Positions 19,913 to 29,951 of a DNA stretch of 64,000 bases are shown one piece after another. The DNA lies in contig CAVSHR010000005.1 in the NCBI GenBank assembly GCA_963727625.1, positions 416,001-480,000 of the forward strand. The letters run 5' to 3'. A model generated the notes under the pieces. It searched no databases and was not told where the DNA came from. It saw nothing but the letters and a program-made list of their open reading frames with translations. How positions within the stretch are numbered: position 1 is the first letter of the stretch; each line of letters opens with the position of its first letter. Made by a program: the position numbers and the translations under genes. The DNA is from an uncultured delta proteobacterium. GTDB lineage: Bacteria; Desulfobacterota; Binatia; UBA9968.

Positions 19913-21751
19913 TCAAGTCGAGTGAGACAATCGCAACCAGTGAACGATTTCGTCGACGCAACTCTCCGGCTTGGCACCGAGCGTGCGCAAATAAATCTCC
20001 GGAGACTCCGGCGGCTCGTAGTCGCTGTCGATACCGGTGAAATTTTTCAATTCGCCGCGCCGAGCCTTGGCGTATAGCCCTTTCACGTCGCGCCGTTCAC
20101 ACTCTTCGAGCGGCGTGTCGACAAAGACCTCGATGAACTCGCCGGGATCAAACATGCCGCGCGCCAGTTCCCGCTCGGCTCGGAACGGTGAAATAAAGGC
20201 GACCATGACGATCAGTCCCGCGTCCACCATTAGCTTGGCGACTTCGCTGACCCGGCGAATGTTCTCCACCCGGTCGGCCTCGGTAAATCCCAGGTCGCGG
20301 TTGAGGCCGTGGCGCACGTTGTCGCCGTCGAGCATATACGTGTGCTTGCCGTCGGCGTGCAAGCGTTTCTCCACTAAGTTGGCGATGGTCGATTTACCCG
20401 AGCCGGAAAGCCCCGTGAACCAAAGACAGCACGCTTTTTGATGTTTCAACTCGGCACGGGCGGTTTTCGTTAGTTCGAGCGCTTGCCAATGGACGTTCAC
20501 CGCGCGGCGCAGCGCAAAACGAATCATGCCGGCGCCGACCGTTTCGTTGGTCAGCTTATCGATGATGATCATAGCGCCCAACCGTTTGTTCTCGACATAG
20601 GGTGCAAAGGGTACGGCGCGATCAAAGCTAAAGTTGACGGTGCCGATTTCATTCAAGCCCAGTGTCTTGGCAGCCAGTCGCGCGCCGGTGTTAACGTCCA
20701 GACGATGTTTGATGTGGGTAATGCTGACGCTCGCCGCTTTGCTGTGGATAAGCGCCGCGTAGGGGCGACCCGGCAGCAAGGCGTGCTCGCTCATCCACAA
20801 AAGATCCGCTTCGAACTGGTCGGCGCATTCGACCGGGTGGGACGCCATCGCAATGACGTCGCCGCGGCTGGCGTCGACTTGGTCTTCGAGCACCAAAGTC
20901 ACCGACTGGCCGGCTTGCGCTTCGGCCGCGGCGCCGTTGCCGTCAATGACCTGCTTAACTATGCTGGCCACGCCCGAGGGGCTGACGCGCACGCTGTCAC
21001 CCGGCTTTATTCGCCCGCTGGCGATGCGCCCGGATAATCCCCGGAAGTCGAGATTGGGTCGATTCACCCATTGCACCGGCATAGCAAAGGCTTGGGATGC
21101 TACGCGCGCTGCGGCCGGTATGTTTTCAAGCCATTGGAGTAGCGTCGAACCTCGGTACCAGGGCATCGCTTCATCGCTGTTGCCGACAACGTTGTGACCT
21201 TCGAGAGCGGATACCGGGATTGCCGTGATCGTATCGAAGCCCAGATCTTGGGCAAACCGACGATAAGCCAACTCGATCTCGTCAAAGGCGAGCTGGGACC
21301 AGTCCACCAGATCCATCTTATTGACCGCCAACGCCACGTGGCGGATACCGAGCAGCGACATGATTCGACTATGCCGTTTGGTCTGGACAAGCAACCCCTT
21401 GCGAGCGTCAATCAACAGCACGGCCGCCTCCGCCGTCGATGCCCCGGTCGCCATATTGCGCGTGTACTGCTCATGCCCCGGGGTATCGGCGACGATGAAG
21501 CGGCGCTTCGGCGTGGAGAAAAAGCGGTAGGCCACGTCGATGGTGATTTTCTGCTCGCGTTCCGCTTGCAATCCGTCGACCAGCAGCGCGAAATCCAGAC
21601 GATCGCCCTGGGTGCCGAATTTTTTGGAGTCCGCCTCGAGCGCCTCCAGTTGATCCTCGAAGATCAACTTGGTCTCGTAGAGCAAGCGGCCGATCAAGGT
21701 CGACTTGCCGTCGTCCACGCTACCGCAGGTAATGAAGCGCAGGGTGTCCAT
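19913..21751 (-). CDS. cysNC: Bifunctional sulfate adenylyltransferase subunit 1 / APS kinase
   Basis: [20 protein letters not shown], then [12 protein letters not shown] and [10 protein letters not shown]; TAATG overlap with cysD. Confidence 0.95.
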   Translation of the reverse strand: MDTLRFITCGSVDDGKSTLIGRLLYETKLIFEDQLEALEADSKKFGTQGDRLDFALLVDGLQAEREQKITIDVAYRFFSTPKRRFIVADTPGHEQYTRNMATGASTAEAAVLLIDARKGLLVQTKRHSRIMSLLGIRHVALAVNKMDLVDWSQLAFDEIELAYRRFAQDLGFDTITAIPVSALEGHNVVGNSDEAMPWYRGSTLLQWLENIPAAARVASQAFAMPVQWVNRPNLDFRGLSGRIASGRIKPGDSVRVSPSGVASIVKQVIDGNGAAAEAQAGQSVTLVLEDQVDASRGDVIAMASHPVECADQFEADLLWMSEHALLPGRPYAALIHSKAASVSITHIKHRLDVNTGARLAAKTLGLNEIGTVNFSFDRAVPFAPYVENKRLGAMIIIDKLTNETVGAGMIRFALRRAVNVHWQALELTKTARAELKHQKACCLWFTGLSGSGKSTIANLVEKRLHADGKHTYMLDGDNVRHGLNRDLGFTEADRVENIRRVSEVAKLMVDAGLIVMVAFISPFRAERELARGMFDPGEFIEVFVDTPLEECERRDVKGLYAKARRGELKNFTGIDSDYEPPESPEIYLRTLGAKPESCVDEIVHWLRLSHST

Positions 21752-22650
21752 TAAAAATATCCTTCCTGCTTCTTGCGCTCCATGGAGCCGGCGCCGTCGT
21801 GGTCGATGATACGCCCCTGCCGCTCCGAGGTCGTCGCGCCGAGGGTTTCGGCGACGATCTCGTCGAGCGTGGTCGCCTGACTCTCGATCGCGGCGGTCAG
21901 CGGATAGCAACCCAGGGTGCGAAACCGAACCATCAGCGTTTGCGGTGTTTCGCCGCGTTCGAGCGGCAGCCGGTCATCGTCAACCATGATCCACTTGCCG
22001 AAGCGCTTGACCACGGGACGAGGCGCGGCGAAGTAAAGCGGCACGATCGGAATCTTCTCCTGGCGGATATACGCCCAGATGTCCGCTTCGGTCCAATTGG
22101 ACAACGGAAATACTCGGATGGTTTCCCCTGGATGGATGCGCGTGTTGTAAAGATTCCAAAGCTCGGCGCGCTGCGCTTTGGGGTCCCAACGGTGCCCCGG
22201 CGCGCGAAAAGAAAAAATCCGCTCCTTGGCTCGCGATTTTTCCTCGTCCCGCCTCGCGCCGCCGAACGCCACGTCGACGCCGTGCAGATCGAGGGCCTGC
22301 TTGAGCGCCTCTGTCTTCATGACATCGGTGTGATAGGCCGAGCCGTGGGTGATCGGCCCAACACCCTCGGCCGCGCCCCGCTCGTTGGTGTAGGTGATCA
22401 GTTGAAAACCAACTTCGGCCGCCCTGCGGTCGCGAAACGCGATCATCTCGCGGAACTTCCACCGGGTGTCAATGTGCATCAAGGGAAATGGTATCGGTCC
22501 GGGGTAAAACGCTTTCTGCGCCAGGCGCAGCATCACCGAAGAGTCTTTGCCGATCGAGTAGAGCATCACCGGTTTCGCTGCTGTAGCGGCTACTTCGCGA
22601 ATGATTTCAATCGACTCCGATTCGAGCTCTGAAAAGATAGGGTCGCTCAT
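21751..22650 (-). CDS. cysD: Sulfate adenylyltransferase subunit 2
   Basis: [40 protein letters not shown]. Confidence 0.96.
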   Translation of the reverse strand: MSDPIFSELESESIEIIREVAATAAKPVMLYSIGKDSSVMLRLAQKAFYPGPIPFPLMHIDTRWKFREMIAFRDRRAAEVGFQLITYTNERGAAEGVGPITHGSAYHTDVMKTEALKQALDLHGVDVAFGGARRDEEKSRAKERIFSFRAPGHRWDPKAQRAELWNLYNTRIHPGETIRVFPLSNWTEADIWAYIRQEKIPIVPLYFAAPRPVVKRFGKWIMVDDDRLPLERGETPQTLMVRFRTLGCYPLTAAIESQATTLDEIVAETLGATTSERQGRIIDHDGAGSMERKKQEGYF

Positions 22651-22767
22651 GGTGCGAATTTACAATCCTCCTGCAATCGTCTGTCCGACGCGCCTATAAC
22701 CGGGCAAACCAGTGCACAGTTTCTTTCCAACTTTTTTACTAAATCTGAGGGCAAATTCCCACTCCGC

Positions 22768-23625
22768 TCAGGACTGGGCAGCGCGCTTGGCAACCAAAAT
22801 ACCCTGTGCGGCGGCGGCGACTTCGGCGATCAAAGAACCCATCTTGGGATGCGCCGGCTCGATATCCGGCTTGAGGCCGAATCGTTGCAGCATCTGCGTG
22901 CAGATCGGCCCCACCGAGCCGATTGCGACACGGCTACAGGCAACACGCAGCTCGGAGCCGGCGTTCTGTTCTGCCGCAAGGAGAAACAAGTGCTCGACCT
23001 GCGCACCGTTGGTGAACAGCGCCACATCGACGACGCCGCGCAGTATTCCTCGAATCGCGTCGCGCAGCGGCCCCAGATCTTCCGGCAAGGCCCAACGGTA
23101 AATTGCAATCGTTGTGACACGAGCGCCGCGTTGTTCCAATTCGGCGACCAGCTCCGGGTTGGGAACACCATACTCTTGAACCGCGATTCGTTTGCCGGCG
23201 AGGACAGCCGCGGCATCAAGAACCTTCAGCACTTCACGCCAGGTATTGGGCTCGGGTACGGTGTGCGCCGCAACCAGGCCCAGCTCTTTTAGCGCCGCGA
23301 CCGGTTTGGGGCCGCGCGCGACCAGTTGCGACCTCTTAAAAACCGCGAGAATTCGTTCCTGCGGATAGCGGGTAAGCAGCGCCCGATAGAGCGTCCTTGT
23401 GCCGATCCCGGTCATGAGGATCATGATGTCGAACTTTCCCGCTTCGATTTCCGGAAAGAAATCGAGCACCGCGCGATTCTCGCCCGACGCCACTTCGCGC
23501 ATCGACGGTGCCACGATCGGCTCGCCGCCGTAACGGCGAATCAGTTCCGCCATTTCCTTGGCGCGGCGGCTTTCGAAGGAGAGGACCTTAAGCCCTTGCA
23601 GATTCGTTGGCGGCGTTGAAATCAT
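22768..23625 (-). CDS. hemD: Uroporphyrinogen-III synthase
   Basis: SFESRRAKEM, VARGPKP, AVQEYG, YRWALP, SVGPIC; siroheme cluster context. Confidence 0.88.
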   Translation of the reverse strand: MISTPPTNLQGLKVLSFESRRAKEMAELIRRYGGEPIVAPSMREVASGENRAVLDFFPEIEAGKFDIMILMTGIGTRTLYRALLTRYPQERILAVFKRSQLVARGPKPVAALKELGLVAAHTVPEPNTWREVLKVLDAAAVLAGKRIAVQEYGVPNPELVAELEQRGARVTTIAIYRWALPEDLGPLRDAIRGILRGVVDVALFTNGAQVEHLFLLAAEQNAGSELRVACSRVAIGSVGPICTQMLQRFGLKPDIEPAHPKMGSLIAEVAAAAQGILVAKRAAQS

Positions 23626-24385
23626 AAAACGGCGCATTGAAAAGCGCGGGATCAAACCAGTTTAGCTTATCCGCCAATGAAACAACATCGCCGACGACGA
23701 TCAACGCCGGCGCTTCGATCAGCGCGCTCTTCTCGACGATATCGGCCAGAGTGCCGACAACGATTTCCTGCTCGCGCGTCGTACCCGAGTGAATCACCGC
23801 CACCGGCGTCCGCGGCGAACGGCCATGCGCGATCAGCTTCTCGACGATGGTGGATAAATTCGTCAATCCCATCAGAATGATCAACGTGTCGACGGCCGTC
23901 GCCAACTTGGCCCAGTCCACGGCGGAATGCGCTTTGCGCGCTTCGTGGCCGGTGACCACGGCGAAGGACGACGCGAGCTCACGATGCGTGAGCGGAATGC
24001 CGGCATAGGCCGGCACGGCGACCGCCGAGCTCACCCCGGGCACGACTTCAAAGCAGATTCCCTCAACCGAAAGCGCTTCGGCTTCCTCTCCGCCGCGGCC
24101 AAAAACAAAAGGATCGCCGCCCTTGAGGCGCACGACTTCCTTTCCCGCGCGCGCGTAAGCGATGAGCACGCTGTTGATCTCGCTCTGCCCAATGCAATGC
24201 CGGCCAGCGCGTTTGCCAACAAAAATTTTGCTTGCCGAAGGCGACGACTCATCCAAGAAATCGGGATTGACCAACTGATCGTAAACGATCACCTGTGCCC
24301 GGCGCAGGAGTTCGAGACCGCGAACCGTCATCAATCCGGGATCGCCCGGGCCGGCGCCGACGAGGTAGACCTTACCCGTTTTCAC
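23588..24385 (-). CDS. cobA: Uroporphyrinogen-III C-methyltransferase
   Basis: VYLVGAGPGDPGL, VRLKGGDPFVFGRGGEE, AGIPLTHR. Confidence 0.95.
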   Translation of the reverse strand: MKTGKVYLVGAGPGDPGLMTVRGLELLRRAQVIVYDQLVNPDFLDESSPSASKIFVGKRAGRHCIGQSEINSVLIAYARAGKEVVRLKGGDPFVFGRGGEEAEALSVEGICFEVVPGVSSAVAVPAYAGIPLTHRELASSFAVVTGHEARKAHSAVDWAKLATAVDTLIILMGLTNLSTIVEKLIAHGRSPRTPVAVIHSGTTREQEIVVGTLADIVEKSALIEAPALIVVGDVVSLADKLNWFDPALFNAPFYDFNAANESARA

Positions 24386-25011
24386 TCGGCAACCCCCAGT
24401 TCTCGCAGCAACAGATTCTTGGCGCGTGCCAGCTCACCCCGCATCAACAGTTGGCGCACGTCGCCGCTCAAGGCCCGGCGCCAGGTTTCGAATGATACGG
24501 TCATCCCGCGTTGCCGTAGCTCCCGCCGCGCTTCCGACGCCAGCTGGGCAAGCGCTTCATATTCCTGGGTGAAGTAAAGCTCAAGCTCTTCGCGGACCGT
24601 GCGGGCCAGCGCCGGACTATTGCCGCCACTGGATACCGTCACAGTCAAGTCACCGCGCCGCAACACCGAGGGCAGGATGAAATCACAGTGTGCCGGGTCA
24701 TCCGCCGCATTGACCCAAACGCCGCCGCTTCTGCCCTCGCGGCAAACCGCGCCGTTCACCTCGGCGTCGTCGGTGGCGACAAAAGCAAGCTCGAATCCCG
24801 CCAGATCGCCTTCGCGGTAGCGTCTGGCCGTCAATTGCAACAGATTTTGCTTCGACCAGCGCGCGATATTTTCGGTCACGTCCGGACTAAGCACCGTCAC
24901 CTCCGCGCCGGCTTCCAATAGATTGGCAATCTTGCGCTCCGCGACCGCTCCCCCACCGATCACCAGGCAGCGCCGCCGCCTCATCTCGATATAGATGGGA
25001 AAGTAACTCAT
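24382..25011 (-). CDS. Precorrin-2 dehydrogenase / sirohydrochlorin ferrochelatase (CysG N-terminal, SirC-like)
   Basis: VIGGGAVAERK, NAADDPAHCDF, SSGGNSPALA. Confidence 0.92.
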   Translation of the reverse strand: MSYFPIYIEMRRRRCLVIGGGAVAERKIANLLEAGAEVTVLSPDVTENIARWSKQNLLQLTARRYREGDLAGFELAFVATDDAEVNGAVCREGRSGGVWVNAADDPAHCDFILPSVLRRGDLTVTVSSGGNSPALARTVREELELYFTQEYEALAQLASEARRELRQRGMTVSFETWRRALSGDVRQLLMRGELARAKNLLLRELGVAE

Positions 25012-25415
25012 CTGGCGTCCTTCCTGCGAAATCGAGTACCCAGATTTTTCCTTTCCCCAACTCTAACTCGCGGCGTGCGCCGGAGACAAACAGCGCCTCT
25101 CCCCAAAGACCGATATCGACAATCGCCGCTCCGGCGGCGAGCTCTCTTTCGTAGAGAAATTTTGCCAATCCTTCGACGGCCTCGGCGTAGGATAGTTCTC
25201 CTTTCGCTTGCAGTAGACCAACGAAATAAGATTCGGACTCCGTGCCGGCGCGCGCCATGCGCGGCGTCGCGAAACGCAAGATCTGACGGGCGGCAATGCG
25301 TCGATCCGACGCTGTCCCGATACCGCGATTTCTTCGCTTGCGCAGCCGCGCCAGCGCCAAAGAAATAGATGAATTGCGCCAGCCAACTGCGATGGATTTC
25401 TCTCATCGCTTCCAT
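25008..25415 (-). CDS. Hypothetical protein inside the sulfur operon; reading frame ambiguous
   Basis: GAAGGG RBS and ATGA coupling to sirC favour this frame, but the overlapping frame 24887-25360 looks more protein-like. Confidence 0.4.
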   Translation of the reverse strand: MEAMREIHRSWLAQFIYFFGAGAAAQAKKSRYRDSVGSTHCRPSDLAFRDAAHGARRHGVRILFRWSTASERRTILRRGRRRIGKISLRKRARRRSGDCRYRSLGRGAVCLRRTPRVRVGERKNLGTRFRRKDAR

Positions 25416-25458
25416 AACGTCCCTTCAGCGCTGCGGTGATCCCACGGACGGAATTTCC

Positions 25459-26181
25459 TCAACTATGGAGTCCGCATTCCTTGTGCTCGACCTTTTCCCA
25501 CCACCAGCGCCCGGCGCGGCTCTCTTCCCAAGGCTTGATCGCGCGGGTGCAGGGCGCGCAACCGATGCTTGGAAAACCGCGATCGTGCAGCTGGTTATAG
25601 GGCACGTCATGAGCAGCGATGTAGTCCCAAACCTGCTTGCGCGTCCAGTCGGCCAACGGATTGACCTTCGCGATGCCGCCGTGCGCCTCGTCCCGCGTGA
25701 TCTTGCCGGCGCCCGTGCGCGCCACCGTCTGCTCCCGCCTGAGACCGGTAGCCCAGGCCGCCAAACCGCTGAGCGCGCGCTTGAGCGGTTCGACCTTGCG
25801 CACGGCGCAACAGCGCTTGCGCAGTTCGATGGATTCATAAAACAGATTAAGCCCGTGCGCTTTGACTATCCGCTCGACCTCGTCAGCGGCGGGAAAATAA
25901 ACTTCGATGGTGATGCCGTAGCGCTGCCGCAGTGCCTCCATGCAGTCGTAGGTCTCTTGATTCAACCGGCCCGTGTCTAGGGTAAAAACTCGAAAGTCGG
26001 AGCCACGGAGTCGATGCAGCATATCGATCAGCACCGAGCTCTCGGCTTGAAAAGAAGAAGCCAGCGCGATATTCGGTGAAAATTTTTCGAAGGCCCAGCG
26101 CAGAACTTCCTCGGCAGGGGCTTGCTCGAAATCTCGCGCCATCTCAACTTCGGCTGATTCTTGGCTGTCGGGCGACAACAT
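25459..26181 (-). CDS. cysH: APS/PAPS reductase, [4Fe-4S] (APS-type)
   Basis: LDTG, CCAVRKVEPL, SIGCAPCT, RAGRWWWE, KECGLH. Confidence 0.93.
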   Translation of the reverse strand: MLSPDSQESAEVEMARDFEQAPAEEVLRWAFEKFSPNIALASSFQAESSVLIDMLHRLRGSDFRVFTLDTGRLNQETYDCMEALRQRYGITIEVYFPAADEVERIVKAHGLNLFYESIELRKRCCAVRKVEPLKRALSGLAAWATGLRREQTVARTGAGKITRDEAHGGIAKVNPLADWTRKQVWDYIAAHDVPYNQLHDRGFPSIGCAPCTRAIKPWEESRAGRWWWEKVEHKECGLHS

Positions 26182-26196
26182 GATCCGTCTCGCTTC

Positions 26197-26772
26197 CTAA
26201 TTGCGCTTCAAGCTTTGCAACAAACCGAGTAGATCCAGCGCAGCTGAGCTCTTGATGCGAACCTCAAGCCGGCGGCGGGGATCGTCGTCGCGATCAAGCA
26301 CCACGGCGGCGGCACCGAACAGCCTCTGAGCAAATTCCTCGACATCACTCCTGATCGCCGCGAACGAATCCGGCGTGTTGATGGCTGACAAACGGTCATT
26401 GACAAAGATCAGCGCTTCGTCGGGGGCAAAGCGTAACCGACCGCGCAGCGCCGGCTCCGCCTCGAGTTTGCGACAATTCTCCAGGGCTGCCCGAAAAACC
26501 GCCCTGAACTTCTCTTGATTGGAACCGCTCAGCCGGCTTTTCTGATTGACCAGCAAGCCGCGCCGGCCGCCGCTTTCGTCGATGCTCACGTTGGCCTGGT
26601 TGGCGATGAGCACGATACCGGGCCCGGCTTTCATATGACTGTAATCGGCAACGTTGTGGTAAACCCCGTCCGTGGCCTGAATCCAGCCGTGAAACACTTC
26701 GATAAAATCCGTCAGTGGCACGGCGTCCGGCCCGGCGACGAAAAATTTCACGTTCAGCTTTTGTAAATCCAT
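26197..26772 (-). CDS. Hypothetical protein between sulfite reductase and cysH
   Basis: GGA RBS, 15-nt gaps on both sides; motifs FHGWIQ, VADYSH, GPGIVL, VNDRL. Confidence 0.75.
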   Translation of the reverse strand: MDLQKLNVKFFVAGPDAVPLTDFIEVFHGWIQATDGVYHNVADYSHMKAGPGIVLIANQANVSIDESGGRRGLLVNQKSRLSGSNQEKFRAVFRAALENCRKLEAEPALRGRLRFAPDEALIFVNDRLSAINTPDSFAAIRSDVEEFAQRLFGAAAVVLDRDDDPRRRLEVRIKSSAALDLLGLLQSLKRN

Positions 26773-26787
26773 CTTAGCTTCCTGGGG

Positions 26788-29082
26788 TTACACGCTCGGC
26801 TGCACTCCGGCGGGAATGGGCGTTGAGCTCGGCACTGGGCCGCGCGTCTTGCTATAGCAATCATGGGCTGCATCGATAAATAGCTGCGCTTCCTGCAAGA
26901 GTTGTGTCGCCCGATCGGCGTCCGCGAATTTGCCAGCATTGACGAATTCCCTGGCCCTGAATAGGTACTCGGCGAACTTTCCACCGGCGTACTTGTCCCA
27001 AAAAATTTGCGTGTCGACGAACCGGCGGGTGAACTCGCCGATGATCTGATTTTCGTCCTCCATGATGCTCGGGTTTTGGTCTTTCACCAGACCCTGGGCG
27101 GCGCGCACCATCGACGCATAAGCCAGCTTGACCGCCTGGTCCAGGTAACCGGAGTCAAAAAGCAGCTGGGCTTCAAACAGCTCCCGCTCGCTCGCCGCCA
27201 GAGTAAATTCGGCCTGGCTCACCACCTCGCCGGCGCACTCGCCGACGCCCATATCGACAAGGGTGAACTCGCGCGGATCGCCCCAATCGCTGTAGTACGA
27301 TCGATCCACCTCATGGGCGGGAATTTGGGTGAGATCGTCGAGCAGATCCTTGATTTGCTTCTTGCCAATGCGCGCGACGAACTCCTGAAAGCCCTCGTTT
27401 TTATGCCGCTTGCTCACGTAATACTCGATGATAGTCGAAACCGCCTCGGGAATTCTTTTCGACGGCACCGCGCCGATCGCCACACCGTATTCGCCGGCGT
27501 TGTCGTGAAATTTGCCGCCGAGGACCACCTGGAAATGCGGTACTTGAAATCCTTTGACGTTGCGGTTGATGCCGTAGAAGCCGATATCGGCGATATGATG
27601 CTGGCCGCAGGAATTAAAGCAGCCGCTGACTTTGATGCGAAGATTCTTGACCGCTTCATCGAGCGCTAGACTCTTTTCGCCCAAACGGTATCGCAGCTCG
27701 CGCGCCAGTCCGCGCGAGGATGCGATACCCAGCTTGCAGGTATCGGTGCCGGGGCACGAAGTCACGTCGACGATGGTCGCCGCGTCCGCCGCGCCCAGGC
27801 CGATCGTTTTGATCGCTTGATAAAACTCCGGCAAATCCGCCTCGCTCACCCAGCGGAAAAGAAGATTTTGTTCCACGGTCGTGCGCAGCGTGTCCTTGAC
27901 GAAACGGCGCGCGGTGTCGGCAAGCGCGCGCAGCTGATCGGCGCTGGCGTCGCCGAGCGGCAATGTCACCGTGACTGCAACGTAGCCCGGCTGTCTTTGC
28001 TTGTAGACATTGGTCGCATACCAAGCGTCAAAGCCTTCGGGACGCTGGTAGCCATTGAGGCTCCCGCCCTGCTTGAGCGGTTGCTCGGTCCACTGATTAA
28101 CCGCGCGAAGATAATCGGTCCAGCGCGGATCGGTGGAGAGCGTTTGCCGTTCTGCCAATACCAATTTGCGAAACTGATTGATGCCCAGGTGGGCGATTAA
28201 AAATTTAAGCCTTGCCCGTGCGCGATTGCGCTTCTCTCCGAGGCGAGCGAAGACGCGCGAAATTGCCTGCATCGTTGGCAAGAGTTCTTCTTCCGGCAGA
28301 AATTCATCGAATAGTTTCGCCTTGTATGGCACCGATCCCAAACCGCCGCCGACGTAGAAGGCGAAGCCGCGTTGTACTTTGCCATCGACAACCCTGGATT
28401 TGGCGATGGCGCCCATGTCATGCATGGTTACCAGTCCGCAGGGGTTCTGCGCGCAGCCGGAGAAGGCGACCTTCACCTTGCGCCCGAAGTCCTGGGTGTC
28501 GGGATGCCCCATGAGAAAACGGGAGCAAGCTTTGGCGTAGGGCGTTGTGTCGAAGGTTTCTTCGCGGCAGATTCCCGCCAGGGGGCATGCGGTTACGTTG
28601 CGCACCACGTTGCCACAAGCTTCGCGGGTGGTGATCCCCACCGCGGCGAGCCGGCGCATCAGATCCGGCGTGCCGTCGATATGCACGTAGTGGAATTGAA
28701 AATCCTGCCGCGTCGTCACATGGGTCACACCGTCGGCGTACTCTTCGGAAAGATCGGCGAGAGTTTCCAATTGTTCGGGCGTAACGCCGCCGAACGGGAT
28801 TTTGATGCGCATCATGCCGGGCGCATCCCACAGGGTGTCGGGTCCTTTGAGGACGTCGGCCGGCAGCTTGAGTTTTTGGATTTTGTTGCCGTCATGCCGC
28901 TGGCCATTGTCGTAGCGCTGGCCGTAAATGCCGCGCCGCAAGCGGGTCTCGGCGAAAACCTTCTCGTCGATTTTGCTTTGCTTGCGCAGCTCCATCTGCT
29001 GCTCGAAGATATCGATCTCCCGTCCTAACTCGTCGGAGATCTTGTCGGCTAATTTTTCTTTCCAGCTCAGTCCATGTTTCAT
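26788..29082 (-). CDS. sir: Ferredoxin-type sulfite/nitrite reductase hemoprotein with helical C-terminal extension
   Basis: GIYGQR, HVTTRQD, ACGNVVRN, CPGTDTC ... SGCFNSCGQH siroheme/Fe-S cysteines; cys context. Confidence 0.88.
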   Translation of the reverse strand: MKHGLSWKEKLADKISDELGREIDIFEQQMELRKQSKIDEKVFAETRLRRGIYGQRYDNGQRHDGNKIQKLKLPADVLKGPDTLWDAPGMMRIKIPFGGVTPEQLETLADLSEEYADGVTHVTTRQDFQFHYVHIDGTPDLMRRLAAVGITTREACGNVVRNVTACPLAGICREETFDTTPYAKACSRFLMGHPDTQDFGRKVKVAFSGCAQNPCGLVTMHDMGAIAKSRVVDGKVQRGFAFYVGGGLGSVPYKAKLFDEFLPEEELLPTMQAISRVFARLGEKRNRARARLKFLIAHLGINQFRKLVLAERQTLSTDPRWTDYLRAVNQWTEQPLKQGGSLNGYQRPEGFDAWYATNVYKQRQPGYVAVTVTLPLGDASADQLRALADTARRFVKDTLRTTVEQNLLFRWVSEADLPEFYQAIKTIGLGAADAATIVDVTSCPGTDTCKLGIASSRGLARELRYRLGEKSLALDEAVKNLRIKVSGCFNSCGQHHIADIGFYGINRNVKGFQVPHFQVVLGGKFHDNAGEYGVAIGAVPSKRIPEAVSTIIEYYVSKRHKNEGFQEFVARIGKKQIKDLLDDLTQIPAHEVDRSYYSDWGDPREFTLVDMGVGECAGEVVSQAEFTLAASERELFEAQLLFDSGYLDQAVKLAYASMVRAAQGLVKDQNPSIMEDENQIIGEFTRRFVDTQIFWDKYAGGKFAEYLFRAREFVNAGKFADADRATQLLQEAQLFIDAAHDCYSKTRGPVPSSTPIPAGVQPSV

Positions 29083-29120
29083 AACACCCTCAAAGAATCT
29101 TGGTTCTCGTCATACTAAAG

Positions 29121-29145
29121 TTACTTGATCGATTGAGTCAGAATT
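29121..29145. promoter_or_regulatory. Putative Rrf2 operator upstream of sir
   Basis: TTACTTGATCGATTGAGTCAGAATT; shares TTGATCGATT with 29647-29671; abuts TTGACA (minus strand 29152-29147). Confidence 0.55.
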
Positions 29146-29183
29146 GTGTCAAAAAAAATATCGCCCGCTAGTTCATCCGTTGT

Positions 29184-29618
29184 TCAGATGTAATACATCA
29201 GCGCAGCTGTCTCGGGCTTGCAGAGATCGGCGAGAGTCGTCTCTTCCAGAACCGTCTCCATGGCGTGCACGCCGCGGGCCCAAGTTTCAATCAGCCGCTG
29301 GGTCACTTGAGATATCGACCGGCTATGCATCTGCGCTTTCAATTCGAATCCAATCGCCGGGCCTTCCAGCACCGCGAGAATCTCTTTCACCGAAATCGTC
29401 TCGGGGGGTCGAGCTAAACTATAACCGCCGGAAGGGCCGCGCGCCGCGTGAACCAAATGACCGCGTTTGAGCAAAACCATAATTTGACCGAGATACTGCA
29501 AGGGAATCTGCTGATTGCCGGCGATCTCTTTGACCTGCACGGCGCGACGCTGCTTGTAGTTCTCAGCCAGCTCTCCGAGCGCTAGTAATCCGTAATGTCC
29601 TTTGGAGCTCACCTTCAT
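29184..29618 (-). CDS. Rrf2-family transcriptional regulator (CymR-like, lacks the IscR Cys triad)
   Basis: MKVSSKGHYG, IPLQYLGQI, RGPSGGYSLARPPETI, TTLADL. Confidence 0.93.
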   Translation of the reverse strand: MKVSSKGHYGLLALGELAENYKQRRAVQVKEIAGNQQIPLQYLGQIMVLLKRGHLVHAARGPSGGYSLARPPETISVKEILAVLEGPAIGFELKAQMHSRSISQVTQRLIETWARGVHAMETVLEETTLADLCKPETAALMYYI

Positions 29619-29646
29619 GACGCACGACCAATTTCCAACGTGGCCA

Positions 29647-29676
29647 GATCCTAAGTAAATCGATCAAATTTGTCAA
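29647..29676 (-). promoter_or_regulatory. Sigma-70 promoter of rrf2 with overlapping operator
   Basis: Minus strand TTGACA-17 nt-TAGGAT; the spacer contains TTGATCGATT. Confidence 0.65.
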
Positions 29677-29951
29677 GAACCATCCGCCAGCTTTAAAAAA
29701 TTACAGACGCTTTTGCATGTGGCCGGTAGATTTTCGAAACGCTAAAGCTCCGCTTGCGCCTCTTCAACCATTGAAGTTATATTCCGGCAAATTCACCTGT
29801 TAGAGCTCGATTGTTGTTGCTATTTAGAGTTTGGCAGGTTTCAAAATCATTTTTACAATGCTCTTAAATTCGGCAGTTTCGATCGGTTTTAGCCACCATG
29901 AGTACGGTGTCAAATAGCGCCGGGAAACCTTCCCGTGCTAGAAATCGGAAA

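Noticed and set aside
21752-21910. Upstream start for cysNC given in the ORF track
   Set aside because: Overlaps cysD; the TAATG junction at 21751 gives the expected N-terminus
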